A stretch of 64,000 bases of DNA from the NCBI RefSeq assembly GCF_009914755.1, contig NC_060933.1, one strand, 5' to 3'. The notes below the pieces were generated by a model. It had not been told where the DNA came from. It made no database searches and saw only the letters and a list, made by a program, of their open reading frames with translations. Below are positions 41,760 through 54,860 of the stretch, piece by piece (position 1 is the stretch's first letter; every line of letters starts with the position of its first letter). Both the position numbers and the translations under genes were made by a program. The stretch comes from the human T2T-CHM13v2.0 reference genome, Homo sapiens.

Positions 41760-42300
41760 CTTGCGATTTTTGTTTTAAAAGATTATCTGTTTGCTGTGTG
41801 ATGACTAGATGGAGGAGACAGTGATTGGAAGCGGAGGTGAAATTTTGTAAGAAAGCTTGGACCACCATAATGACAGTTGACATAAAAGATGCTGGATTGA
41901 TTCATGATATAGTTAGAAGGTACAAAGAAAAGGCTGGTTGAGGCATTGAATGTGAAGGTAAGACAAAATAAGGAACCAAGAATGATGGCCAGGTTTGTGG
42001 CTTGAACAACTGAGTGCACGTGCTGCCATTTTCTGAGGTGGTAAAGACTGAGAATATAATAAGATTTAAGTGGAATACAAGAATTCCATTTTGTACATAT
42101 TATATTTGAAATGCCTGTGAGACAATCAAATGGAAATGTTAAGTTGGGTAAGTGTTTCTAGAAGCCAGAGGATAAGTCTGAGTTACACAACTGATTTTGA
42201 GAATTGCCAGCGTATATCTAAGAGAGTGAGTGGCTGTCATGAAGTGGAAGCAAAGGTCATTGAATGAGAATAGATAAAAGCACCCAGAGTCAAGGTGCTA
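41760..42300 (-). mobile_element. L2 fragment
   Basis: 'aagaatgatggccaggtttgtggcttgaacaactgagtg..tgctgccattttctgag', 'tttgaaatgcctgtgagacaatcaaatggaaatgtt'. Confidence 0.75.
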
Positions 42301-42817
42301 GATGACGTATCTACTCGGATGTATATATCCTCTAAATAACCAGAATGAGAGTGAAAAGCGGTTCTAGGGGCCAGAAGCTAATTTTAATTATTTCTTATGT
42401 TTTTTTAGAGACTACTTTCTAATCCTTACGTTTGAATGTTCACAATGTAGGCAGGACACAAAAACATAATATTTTAGCAATTAACCTAATGTGCTGCCAA
42501 TTTAACCTTTAAATTATCCTCAAAGGTCTCTAAATGTCTAATTATTTAAGAGGTATTTTAAATCACTTCATCTAAAGTACATCTCTTAAATAAACATATC
42601 TTTTGTTACATAAACACCTTAAAAATCAAATTAGAAATGAAGTACAGTTATGTGCTGCATAACATATCAGTCAGCAATGGACTGCATATATGACAGTGGT
42701 TTCGTAAGCTTATAACAGAGCTGAAAAATTCTTATCATCTAGTGATGTGATAGCTGTTGTAATGTTATAGCACAGTGCATTACTCATAGCACATACAATT
42801 ATGTATGGTACATCATA

Positions 42818-42871
42818 TTTGATTGGTACAAAAGTAATTGCAGTTTTTGCCATTAAAAGTAATGGCATTAA
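42818..42871. mobile_element. MADE1 (Hsmar1-derived MITE) with most of one arm deleted
   Basis: TA|tttgattggtacaaaagtaattgcagtttttgccattaaaagtaatggca..taa|TA compared with the 80-bp palindromic MADE1 consensus. Confidence 0.85.
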
Positions 42872-43366
42872 TACTTGATAATAAATGATCAATGGTATTA
42901 ATACTTGATAATCAATGACTATGTTACTGGTTTATGTATTTGCCATACTATGCTATACTTCATATCATTATTTTAGAGTGTACTCTTTCTACTTAAAAAA
43001 AATGTTAACTACAGAATGGTCTCAGGTGGTATTCCAAAATAAGGCATTGCTGTCGTAGGAGATGACAGCTTCATTTGTGTTATTGCCCCTGAAGATCTTC
43101 TAGTGGGACAAGATGTAGATGTGGAAGAGAGTGTTACTGATGACTCTTACCATGTGTAGGCCTAGACTAATGTGTGTGTTTGTGTCTTAATTTTTAGTAA
43201 AAAAAAGTTTTAAGTACACAAAAAATTTAAAAAGAAAAAATGTATAGAATGATAATACAAAGAAATATTTTTGTACAGCTGTACAATGTGTGCTTTAAGC
43301 TAAGTGTTATTACAAAAGAGTCAAAAAGTTTTAAAAAGTTTCTAAAGTAAAAAATCTTAGCTTACA

Positions 43367-43609
43367 ATGAGAACACGTGGACACAGGGAGGGGAACATCA
43401 CACACTGGGACATGTAGCGGGGTGGGGGGCAAGGGGAGGGAGAACATTAAGACAAATAGCTAATGCATGCGGGGCTTAAAACCTAGATGACCGGTTCATA
43501 GGTGCAGCAGACCATCATGGCACATGTATACCTATGTAACAAACCTGCACATTCTGCACATGTATCCCAGAACGTAAAGTAAAATAAAAATAAAAATAAA
43601 AGATGTAAA
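43367..43609 (+). mobile_element. L1PA7/8-like 3' end inside Tigger3b
   Basis: 'atgagaacacgtggacacagggaggggaacatcacacactgggg..ggggcttaaaacctagatga..'; TSD aaaaaat(c/g)ttagcttaca at 43349-43366 and 43610-43627. Confidence 0.93.
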
Positions 43610-44489
43610 AAAAAATGTTAGCTTACAGTAAGCTAAGGTTAACTGATTATTGAAGAAAGAAAATATTTTAAAATGCATTTACCGTAGCCTACGTGTGCAG
43701 GGTTTATAAAGTCTATAGTAATGTGCAGTCTTGTCCTTGTCCTCCATATTACTCACCGCTCACTCGTTGATTCACCTAGAGCAACTTCCAGTCCTGAAAG
43801 CTCCATTCATTGTAAGTGTCCTATGCAGGTGTACTATTTTTTATCTTTTATACCATATTTTTATTGTACCTTTTCCTTGTTTAGTTATATTTAGATACAC
43901 ATACACTGGCCAATGTGTTAGAGTTGCTTACAGTATTCAGCACAGTAACATTCTGTACAGGTTTGTGGCTTAAGAACAATAGGCTATACCACATACCATA
44001 AGTTTGTAGTAGGTTGAGCCATCTAGGTTTCTGTAAGTATGTTCTGTGATGTTTGCACCATGACAAAATCGCCCAAGGATGCATTTCTCAGAACGTATTC
44101 TTGTTAAGTGATGCATGACTGTATAGAGCTTTGCTAAGATTTTCAAAGAAGTCAACATAATTTGCAGAACTTGAACACTTTTTCTTTGCAACATGTGCAT
44201 GGAATATGAAGAAGCTGTAATATGATTTGCTGAAAGTAGCTGCAAAATCTATATTGGAATATTCAAAAATGGTTGCTTTTACATATTCGTAGAGATCAAC
44301 CACAGAAACAGAGCAAACAATATTGGAATTATAGTGTATTATTATAGAAGGAAAATAAAATGTAGAAATTTCATGGCTGGCATGACTGGTATTTTTCAAA
44401 GTAATGTTCAGCCTGAGAATAAACCATGGTAGATTTGGTTTTGTTGGTTTCCCTTGGCTTTGAACATTAGGGGATGTTTGGAAGTCAAC

Positions 44490-44620
44490 ATCCCAGATTT
44501 TTGTTTCTTCTTTTGTAAAGTGGAACCTATACAAATAACTTCATGGGGTTTTGGTAGGAATAAGTGGGATAAAGTGCACACAAATGCTTTGTACAGTGTA
44601 AAGTACTATAGACTGCACAA
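44490..44620 (+). mobile_element. MIR fragment
   Basis: 'gtttcttcttttgtaaagtgg..aacttcatggggttttggtaggaataagtgggataa..aaatgctttgta'. Confidence 0.5.
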
Positions 44621-44970
44621 ATAACACCATCACAACAGTAAGTGAGACATCATAGCTAAATGTGGGACTTGATATTACTCAAAAGAAATATTCAGTGAAC
44701 TGAATTTGTGTACTGCATTTAATTTCATTTAGAATTTTCCAAGTTGTTACTAAGGCCCAGAAATAAATATCAACTCTTCATATATTGATTAAATAAATGT
44801 GCATTACGTTTTTCTTTCTTTTTACTTTGCACACTTTGCTGAATATGAATTTTTGGCACACATGATAAACACAAAAGGCCTAGGACCTGCTCTTGGTGGA
44901 TTACTTGGACCGAAACACAATTATGAAATATGATTTTTCCATTTCCATTCTTCTATTTACACTTAGCTGC

Positions 44971-45282
44971 TTTTATTTAATCTTAAATTTCAACTTTTAT
45001 TTTAGATACAAGGGGTCCATGTGCAGGTTTGTTACAGGGGTATATCGCATCCAGCTAGTGAGTATAGTACCCACTAGGCAGCTTTTCAGCTCACATCCCC
45101 CGCTCTCCCTCCCCCGTCTAATAATCCACAGTGTCTATTACTCCCATGTTCATGTCCATGTGTGCTCAATATTTAGCTCCACTTATAAGTGAGAAAATGA
45201 GGTATTTGGTTTCTTGTTCGTGAGTTAGTCTGCTTAGGATTATGGCCTCCATCTCCATCCATGTTGCTGCAAAGGACATGAT
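44971..45282 (-). mobile_element. L1PA15/16-like 3' end
   Basis: 'caacttttattttagatacaaggggtccatgtgcaggtttgttaca', 'tttagctccacttataagtgagaaaatg', 'catgttgctgcaaaggacatgatt'. Confidence 0.9.
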
Positions 45283-45429
45283 TATTTTACTTGCTTTTTT
45301 AATCTTACAATTTACTTTCTTTTCTTCTTTTCTCTATTTCCTGTGATATTGCACAGCTTTCTCATTATCTCATCTTCGGTTAAGATTAAGTCATTAATCA
45401 TCATTTTATACCTTTTTCTAAAAATAATA

Positions 45430-46260
45430 CAAATTTTTATTTTTGTAAAAATAATTTAATATAATCACCATTGAAATTTACAAAATACATTGAAGAAAAA
45501 AGACGAAAATGAAAGTCATTCAAAATCCTACCACTGAGAGACAGCTGCTCTTGACTTTTGGGTATACAGCTACCCAGTCTCTTTTCTATGCATTAATATA
45601 TATTTTATAAGTTCATTAATAGTGCTATGTTCTGTTTTTTACTTACTCTTCCATGAGTATTTTTAAATAATGTGAATGTTTTCCTACAATTTGTTTAGGT
45701 AGTGCATAGTTATTTTAAATTTTAATTTTATGGATGAAACATAATTTGTTAGACCTGTCGAAAAGGCTATTGTCGATTCTTAGTTTTTTTTTGTTTTTTT
45801 TTGTTTTTTTTTCCTGTATAAACAGCCTTGTGATAAACATCCTTCAGGCTATATATTTGCATGAATCATGATTAATTCCTTAGGATGAATTGCTGGATGC
45901 AGTCAAGCTTGCATATTAAATTACAAAAATTATAATATCTATTGCCAAATTATACTCCAAAAAGGTAATAACATTTATCACTCCTACAAGCAAGATAGGA
46001 GAGTTCCAACTTCTCCACACTGAAGCTAATAGTAGATATTATCATTTTAAAATTTTTGCCAATTTGATAAATAAAATTATATCTTTTATTATTTTAATAT
46101 GTGTTTCTTTGGTTACCAGTTCTGTTGAAAAGTTTATTTTTTCATTTGTGTTTATTAGTTTCTGAAATGCTCCTTCATGTATTGTTGCCTACTTATCTAT
46201 TAGAGCACATGTCTTCTATAATTACTTGTAATAACTTTTTATATATTAAGGATATTGATT
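45430..46260 (-). mobile_element. Ancient L1ME/MC-like 3' region
   Basis: 'attcaaaatcctaccactgagagacagctgct', 'tgtgataaacatcctt', 'attccttaggatgaatt', 'tttttgccaatttgata', 'tttatatattaaggatatt'. Confidence 0.7.
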
Positions 46261-47319
46261 ATAAACATAAAGATTTGATTTAAAAGACCAATAATGAGTT
46301 TAACATTTTCAGAATTAACATATGCCAAGATTCATCCTAAAAACCAAGGGAAAGTTTAACAGCTTTTTTACTTCAACTAGATGCAAAAGTGATTACAAAT
46401 AGATGAATAAATTTAAGTAAAGTTTTATGCTTCATTTTTATTACCCCATTTTCATTCCAATTTGAATCAATGTTGCATTCAGTTTATCGTTGTTTAGTCC
46501 CTTGTAAATTTTTTGGATTGTTTACATAGATATATTTTTATTCACTAGTCCATCAGTTATATTTTACTTTTTCCCTTGAAAGTGTGCAAACACTTTTCAT
46601 TGCTTTATTATTTTATGACTTTATTTTTCCTTTATTACCCTGAAAGAGCAAGATGGTGGGACTAAGTTTTTCTTGACATTTTTTCTAAAGAGGGAGGCTT
46701 TACTGGTATGGCTAAGATTAAGACAAGAGCCAGTCTGCAGTACTATCTTTGTGAAAGACTTTCCTATGTTCTGATAAGCTGACCAATGCTTTGTCTTAAT
46801 GTTGATGTCATTGTATAGAATGTGACTTCTTTGAGCTCAGTAGCAAAATTGTGAATGTAATCTTAAGGGAATTCATGAGCAGATGTGTATTCCTGTGTAT
46901 ACTCCTCTAGACTTTGACTTAGACATTCTTATTCCCTGATAAAAGACTAGAAAACCCATGGAGCTTCAAAGATTGTAAACTAGCTAATATTCACTAGTGG
47001 TTAGTGAAGTATGCCACACCAACAATGAAGAGAACTGAAATAAAATATCTTACTTTACTATAATGCTTTATAATCTGTTCACTATCTCATGTAACACTCA
47101 CAATAATTTGGGAGCGGGTAAGGAAGATATTGTAATGGAAAAAGCATGAGCTTTGAGGACATATTAATAGTCACATGATCTTGGGGAAGTCAATCTCTCA
47201 AAAAAGTCAGTCTCCTTTTCAGTAAAATAGATTAAAAAAAGAAAATAATACTTATCTTTCATAACTGCGTGATTAGAAAAAAATGTAATGGATATTTAGC
47301 ACTTAATATTTACCTCATC

Positions 47320-47900
47320 ATTTATTTATTCAACACACATATTTGAACATCTACCATGTGTTCTTTTCTAGACACTAGAAATTATAGTCCGCTCAGATAA
47401 ACATTTTATGCTAATGGGTAACAGGTAATAAATGACAAAGAAAGAAAGAAAGAGAAAGACAGTTGGATGGATGGATAATTTCAGTGAGAACTAAGTGCCA
47501 TGAAAAAAATAAAACAGGGTATTGTCGTAGTGAATGGGCAGCACTGGGTAATGCTACAGAGGATAGTCAGGAAGGCCTTATAGATGGCTGATAATTTGAG
47601 CTGAGATCTTAACAAAAGAAAGAACAGCCATGCCACAAGGAAGGGGTAAAGACCTCTAGAAAAAGCAATAAATGTAAAGGCTCTGGCACAGGGACCAGCT
47701 TTAGTGCTTGAAGAACACAAATGTGTCCAGTGTGGCTGCAGCATGTTGAGGCATGAAAAGCCTGGTTTAAGACAGGTAAGAGAGGAGGTGTAGGCCAGAT
47801 GTTAGATTATGTAAGGCTTTGTAAGTCATGGTAAGTTGACCATAGTAAGGTAACAGAGAGCTACCATGATAATAATGAGGAAGACAATAAAGATCAAGCC
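47320..47900 (-). mobile_element. L2 3' end, preceded by MIR-like sequence at about 47080-47310
   Basis: 'tttatttattcaacacacatatttgaacatctaccatgtg', 'aagtgccatgaaaaaaataaaacaggg', 'gtcaggaaggcct..tttgagctgagatctt'. Confidence 0.8.
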
Positions 47901-50403
47901 TATTATCTGTTAGACAGTTTAAGAAACTGGGTCTTTCTTTGTCTAAATGTGACACAGCAAGGTAGTCATGGAGTCTGGTTTCCTGTCCAGGGTTTGTTCA
48001 GTTTTATTTTCTGTATGTTTTGTTGCTGCCTATAATAGTAATGTTTTTTCATCTTTTAAGCCCGAAGTTCATTCCTGCTCTTGATTTTTTTTGTTTCTAT
48101 TTCTTTTTAAAGGTATTTGCCAGTTTTCTGCATCGACATTAATGCTGAAGAAGCATTTACAAGATTCAGTAGCTTTATGTAGGGATTAGATCTCTGAAAT
48201 TCAAACTGCTTTATTTTCATAAGAACTATGATTAACAAACACCTTTATAGCTTTCTCATTCTCTACCGACCCCATTCTCCAAACCTCTTTTCTCTAAGCT
48301 GGACTCTCCTACTCCGACATTTTAGCCTTATCAGCCAAAGAAAGCAAGTTTCAATTCACATTCCAGGAAGGAATCTCCCCAGCCAGAGCTTCATCTCTTA
48401 AACTTACTTTTGTCTGTTTGAGCCTTCTGCTTGAGTGCTGATTTCTTTCTCCCAGTTATGGCTTTTCTCCTTCACTGGATACTCCCCTCTCTATCCTTGG
48501 CTCTGGCACCTGCTATGTCTGGTGTTCCGCCCATTACTATTTCAGATTGTACTTCAGCTTTCTTGCATGACATCTGGCATACATTCTGAATTTTGTCCAG
48601 CTCATTTACTACCTTCCCTCTCTGTTTTTCCAGGTGGATTTTCCAAATGTAACGATAAACCAAGAAAGAATTTGTTCCCCCACAAGGCTCTCTGCCTGCA
48701 TTTAAATTAGCAATAATCTTAATTTTAAGAAGAATAGATAGATATACAATGTATATATCTGCATGTTCAGCTTTTATCCATTTGACAATAGCTGTTACCA
48801 TGGAAAATGCACATGTACACTATACAAACACTGTAATTTCGTTTGTAGTGATAATGGAAGTTTCTAAAAATACTGATTGAGTTTAAGAATCTTTCTTTTT
48901 CTAAATTACTCTCATAAATATAAATTTTGGATTTTAGCATCAATATTATTAACAGGAAGAGTATAGTATAATATTAAGTGTTGATGTGGGGCTTTCAACC
49001 AAATTAATTTCCCTAATTCCAGTTATTGTACTGCATATTTGTATCATAAAAATCTTCAGGACCTATCTATCAAGAGGTCTTAATAAAATCAGAGTACATT
49101 TGAAAAGTCCTATCACATATCATTGAGGTGTTATGGGTTGTAATGGGGAACACTCAGGCTTAAAGGGAGAATAGGGTGTTTAGTGATGGTGAAGTTTGTT
49201 ATCTCTAAGTACAGATTTCATTTATTTTACATTTTACATAAGATCTGCTTTGTCAAACTTATCCTAAATTTTTATGTTATTGAATCATGCCCTTCAAACT
49301 AACTGCCATTTGGTCTACTAACAGTTCTTGTCATATAAAGTGGTGGTAACATAAAAGAATCCCTTGTGATGAAAAACATATTAGCCACATTTAGTTTTTT
49401 TAGCCTGTACACAAGGACTCATTTCTTTAATCTGTAATTCTCTGAGTGAAATCTCATCAAGGGCTCCTTGTGTAAGTAAACATATACCCCACCATTGCAT
49501 TTACCATTCCCTGACAAAGCATTTGCCACAGCCTTTCAACACATCCACAGAGTAACTGCACAAAACCTCCCTATCACAAACTGATGTTGGTTATCCCTTA
49601 TCAAATCACTTTTTCCAACACGTTCTTTTATCAAAACTTCTAAATATGTTTCTGAGAATTCTTCCATACTGATAAGAAATTCAGACAATATTTGTTGAAG
49701 CTCACTAAATTATGTCTTCCGTAATACTATTATGCTCACCATATTCACTATATTTCAGCTATCAATATTCTCACCACTCCATATATAAATTGCAGAACTA
49801 AAATTATAGCAGGTCACCTGACTTTCTATTTAGTTTGTGTTACTTTTACATTTCTGATATTTCATTTATCCTTCTAAAACAGGAATGTATTACATTTTGG
49901 AAAATAAATCTTTACTAAAACCCAGAAACCTAAACTAACAATTAAATTTGTGACAGTACAGTGTGGTATCATAGTAATTGATATGTAAGACTTGATTAAT
50001 AAAGTCTATTTATTTAATCCTATAGTAACTCCATTTTCTCATTACTCCATCAACAAATATTTACTCTGTCTTCTCTATGAAAGACATTATGCTAAGTGAT
50101 ATGAGGTACAGAGAGAAGAATTAGTCTTCAAGATATTGGCAGTCTGGCTAGGGTGCAGTTCTCATGCATTAATTACAGAAAGTAGCACATGGGAAATGCC
50201 AGCTGAGTGGTACAGCTAATGCGTCTCATGAGATGAAATCATAGTCTTGTGATGACTGGGGAAGTTTGCCCAGGCGAGTTAGAATTTAAGTGAGAGAGCC
50301 TTACATATTATTAGTATTTAATTAAGTTCGAAGGAGAACAGATAAAAAAAAGTAGAAGCATAAGCAAGGAATGAAAATGGGGGGCATAGAGTATTTTGTA
50401 GAG

Positions 50404-50711
50404 CTGCGTTGTCCAATATGGTAGCCACTAGTCACATATGGCTACAGAGCACTTCAACTGTGGCTAGTAAGAATTGAGATGTACAATTGTGAAGATTCAG
50501 TATGAAAAATAATATGAAATATCTCATTCATATTAGTCATTATTATCTATTAAAATGAGAATGTTTTAGCTATATTGGGTAAATATAACAATATTATTAA
50601 CACTAACTTCACATATTTATTGTTACATTTTATAATATGACTACTAGAAAATTTAAATTACATACACGGTTCATATTTGTGACTTGCATTATATTTCTAT
50701 TGGACAGTGTC
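50404..50711. mobile_element. MER33 (hAT-Charlie MITE)
   Basis: ctgcgttgtccaatatggtagccactagtcacatatggcta...gcattatatttctattggacagtg, about 310 bp. Confidence 0.88.
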
Positions 50712-51155
50712 AAGCTATTGAGTAACTGTTGGAAGGTTGAGATTATTAAATACGTATTTTTAAGAAAAGGAATCAGACTAAAAAGTGCTGATTGGTTAGG
50801 AGGGGCTAGAGATTAGAAATTTAAAAAATGATAACCTACTCAAGGCACCACACATGAGGTGACAAGGGCTAGATAAAGCAGGTGGCAATGGGAAAAATTG
50901 GGTAGCAATGTACACTTTTTTTTGTGCCTAGCTACTTGCACTAAAAAAAAATTATTTTAAATTGTTCCTAGTGCCAGAGACATTACAAAAGAAGACTTTC
51001 AGAATAATTAACACCAGTGACTAGGCATGGAGACAGGAAGAGGGAGGGTTCAAATATGCCTGAGACTGTAAACTGAGGAGGCAAGGAGAATGATGATGGA
51101 ATTTGATGAGAAAACCTCTTTGGTGAGGAGAGGGTTATAAGTCCTGGAATGTACG

Positions 51156-51432
51156 GTAGTGGTGGAGAGCTGAGGATGATTCATCTCTCAGTGGAATGAA
51201 GAGTGTAAGGAACAGGTAGGTGGCTGAGTCTGATATAATGGTGGGACATCCAGGAGAAAATGTACTTAAGACTTCGGTAAAATGGATGTGGAAATCAGGG
51301 GAATGGTTAAATTGATGAAAGACATTTGATGACCACCTTGGTAGAATTGAATGTGGAATTCAAGGGTGACAGCACGATTTCAGGTGGTGACTCAATGGCA
51401 ATTCTTTGATGCAGAGCCAGGAACTGAACCAT
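51156..51432 (+). repeat. Local direct duplication, copy 1 (native L2 context)
   Basis: About 89% identical by manual count, ungapped, to 52359-52635. Confidence 0.93.
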
Positions 51433-51720
51433 GGGAAATACTGACATTTGATGGTTGAAAATGGATGATCTACAAAGATAAATTGATCAGTCAAGAAAAT
51501 GGGAAGAGAACAGTGTGGGATCATGGAGCCTAAGGAAGAAAAAATGCCAACGAGAAAGAACTAGCTAACAGGAAATCTATGAAAGGATGTAGATGACATT
51601 TTATTATTTAGCATCAATATACTACCTGTCAGGAATGCAACCCTCAACCATGAAATCTCAGAAACAGCAGATGTTCCATGATTTGTCTTAGTGCCTTTGG
51701 ATCACATGGGCCACACTTGG

Positions 51721-51759
<39 letters not shown>

Positions 51760-52358
51760 TTTATTCTTTTCTCATTCACTAGTAAGTATACCTATCAAAT
51801 AAACTTTCTTCTGAAGAAGCTCAGACTTATTGTTTACTGTAGCATTTAATACCTGCGTCCTCAATCAACACTTACCACAGACAGACTGATATTATCTTTT
51901 TTGTGTACATACCAAGTCTCCTAACTTGAAAGCTATGTTTTTGTACTCCATCTGGCTGCCTCTCTAGGATTGCCCTTACTGCTTAAAATATACCATGCAT
52001 AAAGGAAACAGAGCCAATAGAGAAAGATTTAGGGCTAAGGTTAGCAGGAATAATTGATCTGGGCTGTCAAGAGTCACGGTTCTCCCAAGAATCCATATGT
52101 CATCATTGTTTTTTTTATTTCTCCACCAGTTTTTATCCATTGTTTTTCTGTAGGACCTTTATTGTTGTTAGAGAGTGGAATCCACCTTTATTAATTCAAC
52201 AAGGTGCTAAGATACTTAAAAGGTTATAAAAATGAATCCAATATGTATCCTGTATACTCTAGATTGCAATTTATATACATGTTTACATGTCTATTTTCCA
52301 TACTTAAATCTAAGATCCTTGAGGACCTTAGATTCATTCATATGGTTCTTATTCATAT

Positions 52359-52635
52359 GTAGTGGTGGAGTTCTGAGGATGATTCATCTCTCAGTGGAAT
52401 GAAGAATGTAAGGAACAGGTAGATGGCTGAGTCTGATATAATGGTGGGACATCAAGGAGTGAACGTACTTAAGACTTTGGTAAAATGGACGTGGAAATAG
52501 GGGGAATGGTTAAATTGATGAGAGAGACTTGATGACCATCTTGGTAGAATTGAATGTGGAACTCAAGGGTGACAGTAAGATTTCATGTGGTGACTTGTTG
52601 ATGGGTCTTTGATGCAGAGCCAGGAAATAAACCAT
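52359..52635 (+). repeat. Local direct duplication, copy 2
   Basis: Same roughly 277-bp sequence at offset 1203, inserted into an oppositely oriented L2 tail. Confidence 0.93.
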
Positions 52636-52721
52636 ATAAATACTTACTAGTATTATATTACTAATGCCTGAAAGGTCCTTGGCACCTAGTAGACTGTCAA
52701 ATCACATTTGTTTAATGAATA

Positions 52722-53093
52722 TAGTCATGTGTCACTTAATGACAGCGATTTATTCTGAGAAACGCATTGTTAGGCAATTCTGTTGTTGTGTGAACATCAT
52801 AGAGTGTGCTTATACAAACCTAGATAGCATAGCCCACTACACAACTCGGCTATGCGGTATAGCCTATAGCTCCTAGGTCACAACGTGTACAGCACGTTAC
52901 TGTATTGAATACTGTAGTCAATTGTAACAGAATATTTGTGTATCTAAACATATATAACCATAGAGAAGGGAATGTGTTGCACTATGACATAATGGTGACT
53001 ATGACATTAGGAGAGAGAAAATTTTCAGCTCTATTATAATCTTAAGGGACCACCAATAAATACGTGGTCCATCAGTGACTGGAATGTTGTATA
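52722..53093 (+). mobile_element. Tigger3a (MER7A)
   Basis: 'tagtcatgtgtcacttaatgac..ttctgagaaacgcattgttaggcaatt..gaacatcatagagtgtgcttatacaaacctagatagcatagcc', 'attataatcttaagggaccacc'. Confidence 0.88.
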
Positions 53094-54109
53094 TATAAAT
53101 TAATGAAAGTGTGAATTTCTTCTTGAAGGAGACTGTAGTGAAGACAAAATTCATGCACAAATAATCAGAGTACAAATAGGAAAGAGACACCTGACAAAAG
53201 TACTCAGATAAAAACATATTAGGAGTTAGGTGAAAGAACAAAAAATGCCTCATAGGATAAATGGGACACGGCTTCCTGGACGTGCTGGCATTTGAGCAAG
53301 GGCAGAAGGATGGTAGAATTGGACAGTCAAAAAATGGGGCATTTTACTAAATGGAAGACTACCTATTGGTCTTATCTACAGATTTTGATTCTTTTATATT
53401 TATTAAGGATAATCACATGTTTTTCATGTCTGGTTAGGTTTTATTTGAACTCCTGTAATCTTTTTTTCATTATAAAAAGCTTTTTTTCCATAAAAAATTT
53501 CTTAAAATATGTAGCCACACAGCCGAGTTTTATTTTAAGGACAACGGCATTTTTACCTCCTGTTTTGCGTGAGGGTCTGTGGGTTGTAGGAGATGAGAAA
53601 AGAGAGTTCCCAGCTGCTACAGCTCAACAAAGCCCCTAAAAATGATGACTGCATCCATTTCCACCCAACGCCACATTCTGAAAGTGATCTTTTTGAAACG
53701 AGGATTGCAAATAGCTGCAGCTTCTCAAAACTGCAATTGCTTTTCATGGTGTGGCATTGCTGTCTTCATGCTGACACAGCTCTCAGCACTGACACCAGCC
53801 TGCCTATGAGCCGTTAAAGATATTTCACTTCCAACAATAAATATAAAGAGTATTATACAAAAACAGAGAGGCCTTGTTTTTAATAAGCTGAAATGGATGA
53901 AATGGGCAGTCATGGAGCAAAAATAATTATGAGGGAAGGAAATGGAGACAAAAATTAATGCCTCTCCCTCCCTTGCCCCCAAGGACTGCAGGCAATGTTC
54001 CGTACCTGTGGGTCATGCTCTGAAAAGATGCATAAATAGAGGTGAGAAATTGGTGCTAGAAAAAAAAATGTGATTAAAAGGATGTGACATTTTCTGCATA
54101 TTCAATGTG

Positions 54110-54300
54110 CTCTGCTGGGAAGAACTTGTATAATTCAGACAAGGTTTGCATCCCGGCTCTGGCCCTCACCAGGGTTTTATATTTTTCCTTGGCTAAATTG
54201 CTTAATCTTTCCAAGTTCAAGTTCCTGCAAATAGAGCTTATATTAATGACTTCTTAGGGTTGCAGTGAAGATACTGAGACAATATCTATAAACCTAGCTG
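54110..54300 (+). mobile_element. MIR fragment
   Basis: 'tcagacaaggtttgcatcccggctctggccctcac..ccttggctaaattgcttaatctttccaagttcaagttcct'. Confidence 0.6.
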
Positions 54301-54699
54301 GTTTGTACAAATATCTTGGCGTCTTCCCTTCCAGCCGGCCTTCTTGTCCCTTCCCCATGTGCACTAGGGAAACCTCTCTGTACGGGACTCTCAGACCAGC
54401 AGATACACTTCATATTATTGAAATGTGGGCTACATTATCTTTCACTGCAAAAATGGTACTAATCACCCACCATCTGTAGTGCTCATGCATGTACTTATCC
54501 TTTCCTAATGGAGATGCGTTTGTATGCTGGGATGGGCAGCTGTACTCTTTCCCTCTGTTCTCCCTTGACCTTCTTTTCTCATTTGGCTCACTGGGTATAG
54601 TCCATAGACATGACACATAATTTGGCAGTAATCATATCAGTGTTTTCCCACAGTGCATCCCTTTTCCAAGAATGTGTGACAGAGTTAGAAACACCAAAC

Positions 54700-54860
54700 T
54701 TTATTGCTGGAGAAGGCTTTGGAAAATATATGATCCAAAGTCTCATAAAGAGGAGGAAACACAGGCCTAAGAATTAGCTGACTTGCCCAAGACATGAGGA
54801 AAGTTAATGGCTGGGTTCAGACTAGAATCCCTATTTCCGCTGCTCCACTCAGAGCTTTCC
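54700..54860 (-). mobile_element. MIR fragment
   Basis: 'gaggaggaaacacaggcctaag..tgacttgcccaagaca..agttaatggc..gactagaatccc'. Confidence 0.65.

Larger units (their letters stand above)
42645..44121 (-). mobile_element. Tigger3b (Golem/MER7 family), near full length, carrying a MADE1 and an L1PA insertion
   Basis: TA|cagttatgtgctgcataac ... gttaagtgatgcatgactg|TA; about 1.2 kb after removing the nested L1. Confidence 0.9.
50040..51600 (-). mobile_element. Fragmented L2, interrupted by MER33
   Basis: 'tccatcaacaaatatttact..tatgctaagtgat' tail; purine-rich body with 'gaggtgacaagggctagataaagcaggtggcaatggg' and 'ggatcatggagcctaaggaag'. Confidence 0.65.

Noticed and set aside
51723-51770. T28 tract followed by TTTATT as a retroposed tail or a strong splice acceptor
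   Set aside because: No matching TSD found and no convincing downstream donor or reading frame.
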